Shown piece after piece: positions 8,741-19,342 of a stretch of DNA of 64,000 bases. The translations under genes and the position numbers were made by a program. The notes below the pieces were generated by a model, which saw only the letters and a list, made by a program, of their open reading frames with translations, was not told where the DNA came from and made no database searches. Origin of the DNA: Candidatus Poribacteria bacterium (GTDB taxonomy: Bacteria > Poribacteria > WGA-4E > WGA-3G); the NCBI GenBank assembly GCA_964291315.2, contig OZ219753.1:2528001-2592000 (forward strand), given 5' to 3'. The number at the start of each line of letters is the position of its first letter. The stretch's first letter is position 1.

Positions 8741-11700
8741 ATGCCGAAAATCAGTCTCAAACCTACTCATAAACCGCTCTGCGATTATTACGCCACGCTG
8801 CAGGCATACAACCAGCACGACATCAGACATGAAGGTGCGGTGAGCTCTCCGTTCGAGGCACTCCTGCACGTCTGCGCGAAGCAGATGAAAGCGACGCTCA
8901 TCCCCCAATATCAGATGCACGCCCCCAACGGAAACCGCATCGTTATTGACGGCGCAATCTTGGACGAATATAGCCTGCCGCTCGCCTACTGGGAGGCAAA
9001 AGATATTGATGACGATCTCGCGAAGGCCATTGAGGAGAAACGCGCGGCGGGGTATCCGCTAGACAACATCCTGTTCCAGAACCCACAGCGTGCTATTTTG
9101 TATCAGAACGGAGCAGAGGTGCTCGATGTAGACATTACTGCCCCGGTCTCTCTGATCGCTGCCCTGGAAGGTCTATTCGCTTATGTGCCGCCGGCACTGG
9201 AAAATTGGCAGTCGGCTGTAAAAGACTTCAAGGAACATGTGCCGGCTCTCGCAGGCGAGTTGAAAGAGCTCATTAACCAGCGACACGGGGTGGATACGGC
9301 GTTTCAAGCAGCGTTCTCCAACTTCTATGAGACCTGTCGCACGGCAATTGACCCTGCACTCTCACAGGATGCGGTCGAGGAGATGCTGATCCAACATATC
9401 CTCACCGAACGGATCTTCCGCACGGTGTTTAATAACTCCGCCTTCACTCGCCGGAATATCATCGCACGCGAGATTGAAAACGTGGTTGACGAACTGATCC
9501 GACAAGCATTCAGTCGGGAAGAGTTTCTAGCACCCTTAGATCGTTTCTACATCGCTATTGAACAGGCGGCGTTATTCTGCAAAGACTTCTCACAGAAGCA
9601 GCACTTCCTCAATACGTTCTATGAGCAGTTTTTTCAAGGGTTCTCCGAAGATACAGCTGATACACACGGTATCGTCTATACGCCACAGCCGATCGTGGAT
9701 TTTATGGTCAACAGCGTGCAACATATATTAGAGACCGAGTTTGACCGCTCGCTGTCGGACGCGGGCGTGCATATCATAGACCCGTTTGTCGGCACGGGCA
9801 ACTTCATCGTGCGGCTGATGCCCTACATTCAAGGCACGGCACTCGAGACAAAATACCGGAAGGAGCTGCACTGCAGCGAGGTGATGCTTTTGCCGTATTA
9901 TATTGCGAGTCTGAACATTGAGCAGGAGTATTTCCGTCGGACGGGTGCGTATCTGCCGTTTGAGGGGATAGTGCTGGCGGATACGTTCGAGCTGCTTGAG
10001 CAGGAGCAGGGACAGCTCTTCACGCGTGAGAACACGGAGCGGGTGCAGGAGCAGAAGTCGGCGGATATGTTCGTAGTGATCGGGAATCCGCCCTACAACG
10101 CCGGGCAGCGGAATGAGAACGACAAGAACAAGAATAGGAAGCATCCGCTCATGGATGCGAGAGTTGCGGAGACGTATGTCAAAGACTCTGCAGCACAGAA
10201 CCCGAATAAGCTCTATGATCCGTATGTGAAGGCGATCCGGTGGGCCTCCGATCGTATTGGATCGGAGGGTGTTGTGGCTCTGGTAACGAATAATAGTTTT
10301 CTGGATGGCATCGCGTTTGATGGGGTGAGACAGCACCTTGCGGAAGACTTCGATGCGATTTACATACTTGACTTAGGCGGAAATGTGCAACGGGGATTAA
10401 AGGTCTCTCATGCGAATGTATTCAACATTCGGATAGGGGTGAGTATCAACCTATTCGTGAAAAACAGAGACAAGTCATCAGAGAGACCGCAGATATTTTA
10501 CTATTGCACGGATGAGTTGTGGAATAGAGATCAGAAGTTTGCGTTTCTGAAGGAGTGCCAGCATGTGGGCGGTGTTGCGTGGCAGCCCATTGAACCCGAT
10601 GCGCGACATGCGTGGCTCACCGAAGGGCTGGCACCTGAGTTTGACACCTTTATTCCGATGGGAGCTAAGTCAGCGAAGACTGCACAAGGAACGGGATCGG
10701 GCGCGATTTTCAAAACCTATAGTAACGGTGTGAAGACCAATCGTGATGCGTGGGCTTACAATTTCAACCGAGACGCGCTCACTGAAAATATAAGTCGGAT
10801 GATTGAAAATTACAACGCAGAAGTGGGTCGTTGGACACAACGGACAAATAGAGAGACGAACGTTGATAATTTTGTGATTTATGATGATACGAAAATCAAG
10901 TGGAGCTTAGACTTAAAGGGAGAGCTGGAGGGTGGCCACACAACTGAATATAGTGATGCTAAGACTCGTGTATCTCTCTATCGTCCCTTTACGAAATCAT
11001 TTCTTTACTTCGACCGAACGATGAACAATAGCGTGTACCTATTTCCATCTATCTTTCCGACCTTAGAGGCAGAGGCAGAAAATCAGGTTATGCAGATAAA
11101 GGTTGGACGGGAATGGCCAATGTTCGCACTGATGACTAACAAAATCCCCGATGGTTTGCCACAAGGTGGTTCTCAATGCTTTCCGTTCTACACCTATGAT
11201 GAAGACGGCACAAACCGCCGCGAAAATATCACCGACTGGGCACTATCTGAATTCCGCTCTCACTACAAGGACGATAGCATCAGCAAGTGGGACATCTTCC
11301 ACTATACCTATGGACTCCTACATCATCCGGACTATCGAGAGAGATACGAGGCAAACCTCAAACGCGATCTGCCGCATATGCCGTTCGCGACAGACTTCTG
11401 GGCGGTCGCTACCGCAGGCGTAAAGCTCGCAGAGCTCCACGTCAATTACGAAACCGCACAGCAGTTCCCGTTGAAATACAGAGAAACGCCCGACACGCCG
11501 ATAGACTGGCGCGTGGAGAAGATGAAGTTGTCTAAAGACAAAACACAGTTGAAATATAACGAGTTCTTGACGTTGGAGGGCATTCCAGCGGAGGCGTTTG
11601 CGTATCGGTTAGGCACTCGTTCAGCGTTGGAGTGGGTGATAGATCAGTATCGCGTCAAAACAGACAAGCGGAGCGGGCTGCTCAATGATCCGAATTGTGC

Positions 11701-11821
11701 GGATGCGCCGCGCTATATTGTAGATTTAGTGGTGCGGGTTATCACTGTCAGCCTAAAAACAGTAGAAATTGTTAAGAGCTTGCCGGAATTATCTTTAGAC
11801 TCTGGGTCACCTGGACCTTAA
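8741..11821 (+). CDS. Type IIG / ISP-like single-chain restriction-modification enzyme (nuclease + N6-adenine MTase + LlaBIII-like specificity domain; no helicase)
   Basis: IDG...WEAKD PD-(D/E)xK-like motif, GIVYTPQPIVDF, DPFVGTGNF, GNPPY, YRPF, YGLLHHPDYRERY..NLKRDLP. Confidence 0.88.
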   Translation: MPKISLKPTHKPLCDYYATLQAYNQHDIRHEGAVSSPFEALLHVCAKQMKATLIPQYQMHAPNGNRIVIDGAILDEYSLPLAYWEAKDIDDDLAKAIEEKRAAGYPLDNILFQNPQRAILYQNGAEVLDVDITAPVSLIAALEGLFAYVPPALENWQSAVKDFKEHVPALAGELKELINQRHGVDTAFQAAFSNFYETCRTAIDPALSQDAVEEMLIQHILTERIFRTVFNNSAFTRRNIIAREIENVVDELIRQAFSREEFLAPLDRFYIAIEQAALFCKDFSQKQHFLNTFYEQFFQGFSEDTADTHGIVYTPQPIVDFMVNSVQHILETEFDRSLSDAGVHIIDPFVGTGNFIVRLMPYIQGTALETKYRKELHCSEVMLLPYYIASLNIEQEYFRRTGAYLPFEGIVLADTFELLEQEQGQLFTRENTERVQEQKSADMFVVIGNPPYNAGQRNENDKNKNRKHPLMDARVAETYVKDSAAQNPNKLYDPYVKAIRWASDRIGSEGVVALVTNNSFLDGIAFDGVRQHLAEDFDAIYILDLGGNVQRGLKVSHANVFNIRIGVSINLFVKNRDKSSERPQIFYYCTDELWNRDQKFAFLKECQHVGGVAWQPIEPDARHAWLTEGLAPEFDTFIPMGAKSAKTAQGTGSGAIFKTYSNGVKTNRDAWAYNFNRDALTENISRMIENYNAEVGRWTQRTNRETNVDNFVIYDDTKIKWSLDLKGELEGGHTTEYSDAKTRVSLYRPFTKSFLYFDRTMNNSVYLFPSIFPTLEAEAENQVMQIKVGREWPMFALMTNKIPDGLPQGGSQCFPFYTYDEDGTNRRENITDWALSEFRSHYKDDSISKWDIFHYTYGLLHHPDYRERYEANLKRDLPHMPFATDFWAVATAGVKLAELHVNYETAQQFPLKYRETPDTPIDWRVEKMKLSKDKTQLKYNEFLTLEGIPAEAFAYRLGTRSALEWVIDQYRVKTDKRSGLLNDPNCADAPRYIVDLVVRVITVSLKTVEIVKSLPELSLDSGSPGP

Positions 11822-11938
11822 CACCCAATTCTCTTTCATTTTCTTTCATTCAACGGCGTTACCGATGCTTTTTGGATCTCTAACTCTTTTTTTATTTTCG
11901 TTAACACTATCTTTTATTATAGCGCTGATAAAACCGAT

Positions 11939-14287
11939 ATGCGAGAAGCTCTGTCTATTTTCTTGATTTTCCTTATTTTTGCCGCGTGCAGTAAAGATAC
12001 TCCGCAGACTAAGGTCTCCCCACAATTTGTGGCACAATATCAGAAAGGGATTGACGCGCTCGACGCAAGTAAATTTGCTGAGGCAGAAGAGGCGTTTCAG
12101 CGGTGTTTGCAAATGGATCCCAATGCCCACGAGGCTGGCATGCAGTTAGGACGCACCTACATCAGACAGCTGAAATTTGCCCGGGCCGAAGAGACCCTAC
12201 AGACTTTGATACGTCTGCTGGAGCAGGCACCTGAGGCGAAGGGTATGCTTTCGAAAGCATACCTAACATTGGCACAGGTTTTTAGTTATCAACAGCGATT
12301 CTCTGAGTCTACTCTCGCTCTCACCAAGGCGCTGGAGGTAAATCCCGACGATACCAATGCCCGTATTCGACTCGGCTATTTCTTGGGAGCTCCACAACAG
12401 ATGCTGGTGCCAGATCTGTCAGCATCTAAACGGCAATTTGAAAAAGTCTTGGAATTTGAACCCGATAACCTTGAAGCAATGCTACAACTCGGGCTAGCAG
12501 AATTTCGGCTTGGTGAAACCGACAAGGCAGCTGAGAGGTTTAAAAATATCATTCAAAATTACCGGCGCCACTCTGGGGCTTACTACTATCTCGGGGTCTA
12601 TCATCTCCGACACGGCAACCCGGAGAAAGCCGTTGAGAACTTTAAAGAGGCTCTCCGTCTAAAACCGCGCGACCCCGAAACCTTGTGGAATTTATGGACG
12701 GCTTATACCCAACTCGGTGGCTACCCTAAAAATTTACCAGCTGAATTCAGGGTAGCCGTCAGCGAAGATAGTCATCATCAAAGCGTCTTTCTTGCTAACC
12801 GTCCACAGCAGATACGAAAAAGACAATTTACGGATGTCGCTCCTGACTTAAAAATGGACAAGGTAGATGGTGGCCGCGGCAGCGCCTGGGGAGACTATGA
12901 TAATGATGGCAATTTGGATATCGTTGCTGTCGGGACCTATCAACCGCATGTCCTCTATCATAATAACACGGATGGAACGTTCACAAATGTGGCGGAGCAG
13001 GCAGGAATTGCTGATCCGAGAGGAGGGTGGGGCTCGATTTTCGCAGATTACGATAACGACGGCTACCTCGATCTTTACATCACGAGGGGCGGTTGGTCCG
13101 GCGCAGCCGAAAACACGCTTTATCATAACAACGGCGATGGCACATTTACAGATGTCACGCATGCTGCAGGAGTCGCTGATCCACAAAGCAGCTTCTGTGC
13201 AGCCTGGGCGGATTACGACAACGACGGATACCTGGACCTCTATATTGCGAACGGGGTCATCGGGGACGGCGCAGCGAACGTCCTATATCACAACAATGGT
13301 GATGGCACTTTCACCAATAGAGCTGACATCGCCGGCGTAGCGAATACGGGGAACTCCCTCGGAACCGCCTGGGGAGATTACGATAAAGACGGACATATTG
13401 ATCTGCATGTCATCAACTACGGGCAGTCTAATGTTCTCTACCGCAACAACGGAGACGGGACGTTCACGGATGTAACCGCAACAACCGGTATGAATCTCTC
13501 TGTTACGGACGCCTTCGTCACCTTCTTTTTAGACATAGATAATGATGCAGACCTCGACATTTTCATTTCGAATTCAGGAACGTTCCAAGCCTTTATCGCC
13601 GGTCAAATTACGGGGAGCGCCACGCACGATAGCGACCGGCAAGTGCTGTATCAGAACAACGGTGACGGCACATTTACAGATGTCACCAAGCAGGCCGGTT
13701 TGTACCACGCTTATGGAGCGATGGGGGCAAATTTCGGGGACATAAATAGCGACGGTTATGTTGACATCTATCTCGCTACCGGGGCACCACAGATGGGAAG
13801 ACTTGAACGCGATGCTCTCTTCCAAAACAACGGCGACGGCACCTTTACCGATGCAACCAGCACTTTAGGCCTGGGCAACATTGGAAAAGGCCATGGGGTA
13901 ACGTTCGGCGATGCTGACGCTGACGGTGATGTCGATATCTACGTTCCCGTCGGAGGAGCATTTATCGGCGACCAGTGGCACAATCTCTTCTATCAGAATG
14001 CTGGAACTGGAAACAACTGGCTTACTGTGAAACTGGTTGGTGTGGAGAGTAATCGTGACGGTATCGGATCTAAGGTTACTGTGAGTGTCGGTGATAGCAT
14101 CATCTACAGAGAAGTCAGCGGCGGTGGTGGGTTTGGTTCAACTAATAGTCTACCGCTTGAAATCGGTCTTGGAACGCATCCAAAAGTTGATACTCTTGAA
14201 GTCATTTGGCCCTCCGGTCACATAGATACGCATCGCAACCTGTCTGTTAACCAGAAAATCGTTGTCACTGAGGGAAGCAGGCTATGA
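11939..14287 (+). CDS. Lipoprotein with TPR repeats + FG-GAP repeats + ASPIC/UnbV (CRTAC1-like)
   Basis: Lipobox FAAC; N-terminal TPRs; repeated WGDYDNDGxLDL and NNGDGTFTDV; SNRDGIGS...WPSG. Confidence 0.9.
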   Translation: MREALSIFLIFLIFAACSKDTPQTKVSPQFVAQYQKGIDALDASKFAEAEEAFQRCLQMDPNAHEAGMQLGRTYIRQLKFARAEETLQTLIRLLEQAPEAKGMLSKAYLTLAQVFSYQQRFSESTLALTKALEVNPDDTNARIRLGYFLGAPQQMLVPDLSASKRQFEKVLEFEPDNLEAMLQLGLAEFRLGETDKAAERFKNIIQNYRRHSGAYYYLGVYHLRHGNPEKAVENFKEALRLKPRDPETLWNLWTAYTQLGGYPKNLPAEFRVAVSEDSHHQSVFLANRPQQIRKRQFTDVAPDLKMDKVDGGRGSAWGDYDNDGNLDIVAVGTYQPHVLYHNNTDGTFTNVAEQAGIADPRGGWGSIFADYDNDGYLDLYITRGGWSGAAENTLYHNNGDGTFTDVTHAAGVADPQSSFCAAWADYDNDGYLDLYIANGVIGDGAANVLYHNNGDGTFTNRADIAGVANTGNSLGTAWGDYDKDGHIDLHVINYGQSNVLYRNNGDGTFTDVTATTGMNLSVTDAFVTFFLDIDNDADLDIFISNSGTFQAFIAGQITGSATHDSDRQVLYQNNGDGTFTDVTKQAGLYHAYGAMGANFGDINSDGYVDIYLATGAPQMGRLERDALFQNNGDGTFTDATSTLGLGNIGKGHGVTFGDADADGDVDIYVPVGGAFIGDQWHNLFYQNAGTGNNWLTVKLVGVESNRDGIGSKVTVSVGDSIIYREVSGGGGFGSTNSLPLEIGLGTHPKVDTLEVIWPSGHIDTHRNLSVNQKIVVTEGSRL

Positions 14288-15675
14288 GTGAGAGTACGCA
14301 CAATCCCCCGAAGTCAGCCCTGCTCACGACGGATAACATGGCAATTTTTGTGGATTATTATCAACTCACGATGGGACAGGCAGATTTCAATGCCCAGAAC
14401 GATGCAGTTATTACAGCAAATTACTACGTCCGCGAGATACCACAGGGAGAATATCTCATCGCCGCTGGACTAGAGCAAGTTATCCACTACATCTTAAATT
14501 TACACTTCAGCGACACTACGCTTGATTGGTTGGTGCAGCGTGGACATCTGCATGCTGATTATCTCGCCTCACTCAAAGATTTCGGTTTCGAGGGAACTGT
14601 CTTTGCAGTTCCCGAAGGCACACCCGTTTTCCCGAATGAGCCGATCATCAATGTCACGGGCCGCTCCCGGGATGTCCAAATTTTTGAGACCTACCTGCTT
14701 TGTGTCATGAACTTTCAAACGTTAATTGCCACAAAGGCATCGAGGATTGTACAAGCAGCACGCGGCAGACCAGTTTTTGATTTTGGAGCGCGGCGGGCAC
14801 ATGGCCGAGACGCCGGTATTCTGGCCGCCCGCGCTTCCTTCATTGGCGGCGCTAACGGGACATCGTTGGTACTTGCAGGCCACTATTTCGATATTCCGTA
14901 TGTGGGCACGATGGCTCATAAATTCATTGCTGAACGGCCCACTGAATTAGAGGCCTTCCGCGATTACGCGACAGCTTTCCCGAACAGCACCACACTCTTG
15001 ATTGATACGTACGACACAATTCAAGGTGCGCGGAACGCTTGCATTGTCGCAAAAGAGATGGCAGCATCTGGGGTAAAGTTAGAGGCAGTCCGGTTGGATA
15101 GCGGGGACCTCTCTAAACTTAGCAAACAGGTGAGACAGATCCTTGATGCTGAGGGACTTGACTACGTCCAAATTATAGCAAGCCATGAACTTGATGAATT
15201 TCAGATAGACTCCCTACTCGAAAACGACGCACCGCTAGATGGCTTTGGGGTAGGCACCCGGCTTGCTACGGGGGCTAATTTCAACTCGCTCACAGGGGAA
15301 GGAGCTCCTTCTGCGTTAGGCGGCGTTTATAAAGTTGTTGAAAGCGATGGCAGACTCGTTGGAAAACAGGCGCTTGACGAACCTGCCAAAGCCACAGTAC
15401 CGGGCAAGAAGCAAATCTATCGCATCACGGATGCTGAACAAAATTATAGCAAAGATCAGATAGCTCTGTTAGATGAAGAAGTTTCCGAGGGAGTCCCCCT
15501 TCTGATTCCGATTATTCAAAATGGGGAATTGGTATATCAGTTTCCGAAACTACATGAAATTCAGTCGCGAACAATTGCAGAGCTCAACAAATTACCAGAT
15601 TGTCATAAGCGTTTGATGGAAGCGACCCCTTACTACGTCGATCTACATTCTTCACTATCGGCAGCTAGCAAATAG
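14284..15675 (+). CDS. pncB: Nicotinate phosphoribosyltransferase
   Basis: DYYQLTM, DFGARRAH, GTMAH, LIDTYD, VRLDSGD, GVGT, GGVYK. Confidence 0.95.
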   Translation: MSESTHNPPKSALLTTDNMAIFVDYYQLTMGQADFNAQNDAVITANYYVREIPQGEYLIAAGLEQVIHYILNLHFSDTTLDWLVQRGHLHADYLASLKDFGFEGTVFAVPEGTPVFPNEPIINVTGRSRDVQIFETYLLCVMNFQTLIATKASRIVQAARGRPVFDFGARRAHGRDAGILAARASFIGGANGTSLVLAGHYFDIPYVGTMAHKFIAERPTELEAFRDYATAFPNSTTLLIDTYDTIQGARNACIVAKEMAASGVKLEAVRLDSGDLSKLSKQVRQILDAEGLDYVQIIASHELDEFQIDSLLENDAPLDGFGVGTRLATGANFNSLTGEGAPSALGGVYKVVESDGRLVGKQALDEPAKATVPGKKQIYRITDAEQNYSKDQIALLDEEVSEGVPLLIPIIQNGELVYQFPKLHEIQSRTIAELNKLPDCHKRLMEATPYYVDLHSSLSAASK

Positions 15676-15715
15676 CTGTTGATAAATGTGCTAAGTACCG
15701 TCAACCGACACCGTA

Positions 15716-17689
15716 TTAACGCGTGTTGAGTCGTTTTTGACGTTCTTTGATGAAGTGCATGATGGTGTCTGAATCGGCCGATTGGAAGTTGCCTAGGGTG
15801 CTAGTTTCTTCTATGAGTGATTCTATTTGCACGGGATTATCCGTAAGTACCTCTTCTGCTCTTTCGTAAAAGTAGGCTGCTTGTGCTTTTTCATTGTGCT
15901 TCTCATTTATAGCGGCGAGATAGACGTAAGCAGCTGCAAGGCGTGGGGAGTGAATGCGGTTCTGAATGAACTCTTCAAAAGTGAAGCGCGCCTCATTATA
16001 ACGTCCGTCATCGTAATGGACGCGCCCGATCCGAAACTGTGCTCTGTCAGAGAAACTGTCCTTGTGGCCCCCGGCAAGATACCTATCCCGTTCTGGATAT
16101 CCAATGGTGGTTTTATAGGCTTGCAGTGCCTCGCTGTAGCGATTGAGTTTTCTGTACATTTCGCCCAACTGGAAGTTCGCCATCATCGCTTGTAAGGTAT
16201 TGGAATGTGCTGCAATAACTGTTTTATAAGCCTCAAGCGCCTCGTTAGGAGCAGAGAGGTGTTCAGTATAAACAATTCCACTACGATAAAGTGCTTCAGC
16301 GGAATAGGTTAAATCGGGATGGTACCTTGAAACCTCTTTATACGCCTCAATCGCTTTCGGGTAGTCTTGCAAGTGTTGTTCATAGATAGTGCCGATCTGT
16401 AATCGCGTGCGCGCCGCTTCTACAGGCGGTAAAATTTTGTCCTGGAGCTGTTCCCGCAGGTCCTCAATAGTTGCCAAGTGTTGAAGTGTTAGAAGTTGTT
16501 CCGATGCTTGCTTGGCTTGCGGAGTGTAGGGTGCAGCGGAAATGAGATTCCGGGCGATGCTTAATGCTAAGGAAAAATCTCTATCTGTGCGAGCCGTGTC
16601 CAACCGTTCTAATTCCGTTTGGGACATTTGTTGTGCAAGATCCTTGATTTTCTTACGAATATGAGTTGTTACTTCAGACAGGCTCTTATTGTGCATTGAG
16701 ATCTGACCTAAATACCCCGGATCGAGCTGTGGCAGATAAACGTGAAGAAATGTTTCAAAAGCCTCAATCGCTTTCGGATAGTTCAAAGTTTTTTCGTGGC
16801 AAATCCCTGTCCAATAGAGGACAGCGTGCATATTCCAGAAGTTGGGATATTTCTGTTTGAGTTTCTCAAACACAGGGATTGCAAGTGAGTATTTTTCGGT
16901 AGTGCGGTGAATGTTGGCAATCTGATAGAGCGCTTCCGCTGCGAAATTGCTTGTGGGATAATCGTTAGCGACCTTTCTATACGTTGCAATTGCTAAGAGC
17001 GACTGGTTAAGTACAGTATGCCGCAAATGTGCGATGCGCCACCGCGCTTCTGGAGCTACCGCCGAGTCTGGATATGTTTCTAACAGACCCTCATACTTTT
17101 CTATTGCCTTTTCGGGCTGGTTGAGCTGCGAATGATTCCGGTAGAGCTCAGCTATCTGGAATTGAGCGACAGCGGCAAGTGGTGCTCCTTTATATTGAAT
17201 CACAATGCGCTGCTGCTCCCTCAGGTCAGCGAGGGCGCTGTTAATATCCCGGATCTTCTGTAGCCCCGTTTTGTGGACAAAATGGGATGGCGGTGCAAGT
17301 TTAATCAGTCTGTCGTAGTTCTGAATAGCATCATGATAGTTTCCCATGCGGCTGTAGACATCACCTTTCTTGATAATGGCGAGAAATATTTCCTCGGCGG
17401 GAAGCCCTTTTTGCTCAAGCTGCAGAATTTTGTCGTAAGCCCTGGCTGCGTGCGTATACTGGTGTGTGTAGTTATAATAGATTTCGCCAATCTGATAGTA
17501 GCACCAGCTTTTCACTGCGATATCCTGGGCAGACTCCGCAAGATCTTCAAGCTTACGAATCGCCTCGGTATAATCTCCTGTCTCAATTAAGACGTGTACC
17601 TCTTCAAAACGTGCAAATGCGGCAAGCACACTGAAGGCGATTATTAACAGTATCGGTGAGAAAAATCTGAGCTTGCTCCGCCTTTTCAT
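15716..17689 (-). CDS. Multi-TPR exported protein (BamD/CpoB-like repeats)
   Basis: N-terminal hydrophobic segment; many YP.S..A.EAL(Y/F)..(G/A) TPR units; last gene of the ECF/anti-sigma operon. Confidence 0.85.
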   Translation of the reverse strand: MKRRSKLRFFSPILLIIAFSVLAAFARFEEVHVLIETGDYTEAIRKLEDLAESAQDIAVKSWCYYQIGEIYYNYTHQYTHAARAYDKILQLEQKGLPAEEIFLAIIKKGDVYSRMGNYHDAIQNYDRLIKLAPPSHFVHKTGLQKIRDINSALADLREQQRIVIQYKGAPLAAVAQFQIAELYRNHSQLNQPEKAIEKYEGLLETYPDSAVAPEARWRIAHLRHTVLNQSLLAIATYRKVANDYPTSNFAAEALYQIANIHRTTEKYSLAIPVFEKLKQKYPNFWNMHAVLYWTGICHEKTLNYPKAIEAFETFLHVYLPQLDPGYLGQISMHNKSLSEVTTHIRKKIKDLAQQMSQTELERLDTARTDRDFSLALSIARNLISAAPYTPQAKQASEQLLTLQHLATIEDLREQLQDKILPPVEAARTRLQIGTIYEQHLQDYPKAIEAYKEVSRYHPDLTYSAEALYRSGIVYTEHLSAPNEALEAYKTVIAAHSNTLQAMMANFQLGEMYRKLNRYSEALQAYKTTIGYPERDRYLAGGHKDSFSDRAQFRIGRVHYDDGRYNEARFTFEEFIQNRIHSPRLAAAYVYLAAINEKHNEKAQAAYFYERAEEVLTDNPVQIESLIEETSTLGNFQSADSDTIMHFIKERQKRLNTR

Positions 17690-17691
17690 TG

Positions 17692-18315
17692 TTAATATCC
17701 CTTAATAGCTGCCTGAGTTATGCTATTGGCACTGAAAGTTTGTGCGACCTTCATCCAATGTGTACCTTCCGCTTGTTCCTTGACTCGCTGAAGCCTGCTC
17801 TCCGTCTCCCATGCATCATTTCGGAGGTGATGCGTAATCATAGCATCCTCCAAATTCCGTTGGATGTCTTGCTGAAGATATTGTTCGATCCGAGCGTCAG
17901 TGGACTGTGATTCGCTTAGCTGCAATTCCACTTTCGGTTGCCAGAGTTCCGCAACCAAAACAATAGCAGTAATGACGGCAACTACAGCAGTGCCTGCGGC
18001 AGCAGTTCTGTGCCGCTGAAACAGGGATCTAAGGTTAGTTACGCAAGCGCGAAGACGCGAAAGCAGGGATTCCTCTTGTATGGCCACGAGTCGTTTGTAC
18101 ACATTCATCTCAATATCCTGAAGAGCTGCTTCTGGCAGTACCACCTCTTCCTCTGCCGCATCAGTCAAGTTTAACACGGTAGTGAAGGTTTTAACCGTCT
18201 TATTACAGGCCGCGCAGCTCTTAAGATGTTGCCTGAAGGTTTCCGCTTCTACTGTGGGTAGAAGTTTAAAGGCATAGTCAATAGCTTGCTCTTCAGATTT
18301 ATTACACCTCGGCAT
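17692..18315 (-). CDS. Zinc-binding anti-sigma factor (zf-HC2) with one TM helix
   Basis: HLKSCAAC (HxxxCxxC); TM segment AAAGTAVVAVITAIVLV; directly downstream of the ECF sigma. Confidence 0.85.
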   Translation of the reverse strand: MPRCNKSEEQAIDYAFKLLPTVEAETFRQHLKSCAACNKTVKTFTTVLNLTDAAEEEVVLPEAALQDIEMNVYKRLVAIQEESLLSRLRACVTNLRSLFQRHRTAAAGTAVVAVITAIVLVAELWQPKVELQLSESQSTDARIEQYLQQDIQRNLEDAMITHHLRNDAWETESRLQRVKEQAEGTHWMKVAQTFSANSITQAAIKGY

Positions 18316-18341
18316 AGACTTTACCCCCTTAAATATAATTA

Positions 18342-18923
18342 TTAAATTTCATTGTTTTCCCAGAGTGGACGTAACAGTGTTTGCAACCGTTTCATTGCGC
18401 GGTGTAAGTGAATTTTCACTGTTCCCTCCGCCATACCAAGTGTTTCTGCAACTTCCTTGATCTGCAAACCTTCGTATCGATTTAAAATAAAGACTGCTTT
18501 CTGCTTCGGTGAGAGTTGATCGACGGCTTCGCGAATGATGCGTCCAAGTTCCTGATCCTCTACACTCTTTACTGGATTGCTGTCTTGGTCGTCAGCAATG
18601 AGAATTGCTTCTGGGATCTCCATGTCCTCTAACGCGTAGACGGGATGCCGCGCCTTTGCTCGGTGATAATCGATGACGAGATTGGAGGCAATTTTGTAAA
18701 GCCACGTCGAAAATTTGGCTTTCGGCTGCCAATTTTCCAACGCGCGGTACGCCTTAAAGAAGACTTCGATAGTAATATCTTCAGCGTCTTCGTAATTTCT
18801 GATCGAACGCAAAAGATACGAGAAGATTTTCGATTTATAACGTTTCATCAACTCATCAAATGCGTTTTGGTGCCCGGCTTGAAATTGGGCAACTAACATT
18901 TCGTCATCAATCAATTTATCCAT
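18342..18923 (-). CDS. ECF RNA polymerase sigma-70 factor
   Basis: DAEDITIEVFFKAY, FSTWLYKIASN, LSPKQKAVF...EVAETLG...GTVKIHLHRA. Confidence 0.95.
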   Translation of the reverse strand: MDKLIDDEMLVAQFQAGHQNAFDELMKRYKSKIFSYLLRSIRNYEDAEDITIEVFFKAYRALENWQPKAKFSTWLYKIASNLVIDYHRAKARHPVYALEDMEIPEAILIADDQDSNPVKSVEDQELGRIIREAVDQLSPKQKAVFILNRYEGLQIKEVAETLGMAEGTVKIHLHRAMKRLQTLLRPLWENNEI

Positions 18924-18998
18924 GATTCCCGACTTTCGACATCGGTTTAGAAGTGTGTCCTCCCAAAACGGTGGACAAAATGCGTCAATTGCTCTCTT

Positions 18999-19026
18999 AA
19001 ACGGAAACGGTTTAAATAAGTTTACA
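18999..19026 (-). promoter_or_regulatory. Putative ECF autoregulatory promoter TGTAAAC-N16-CGTTT
   Basis: AAAC-N16-CGT spacing typical of SigW-like ECF promoters, ~75 bp upstream of the sigma start. Confidence 0.5.
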
Positions 19027-19239
19027 GAATTAATAATTGATTTGTCAAAAAACTTTGACGCGGCGACATTCGTTTAATATTCCGTCGCTTGAGAGTAGGT
19101 GGGTAGTAGTTCCTAACCTCTCCGATCTTCTATAACAGACCTCCAAACGACACCGTTATACTGATGGCTGCCAGCTGCAGGCTACTGCCTAAAAAGACTT
19201 GATTTTCTTATGCTATTGGTTTAGAATAGCACAAAAAAT

Positions 19240-19341
19240 GGTCAGTGATTCCTAGTCGTCAGCTATTCCGGTGTGACGGACAATAGGTGTGTCTCTTTTG
19301 TGGTATTTAACTGACATCTGATGACTGAAAACTGATTGCTA
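19240..19341. repeat. Heptamer-based palindromic intergenic element
   Basis: Left arm ggtcagtga..tagtcgtcagcta; right arm aactgacatctgatgactgaaaactgattgcta. Confidence 0.55.
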
Positions 19342-19342
19342 T

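Noticed and set aside
8741-11821. Full type ISP enzyme
   Set aside because: No SF2 helicase/ATPase motifs, and 1026 aa is too short; called type IIG/ISP-like instead.
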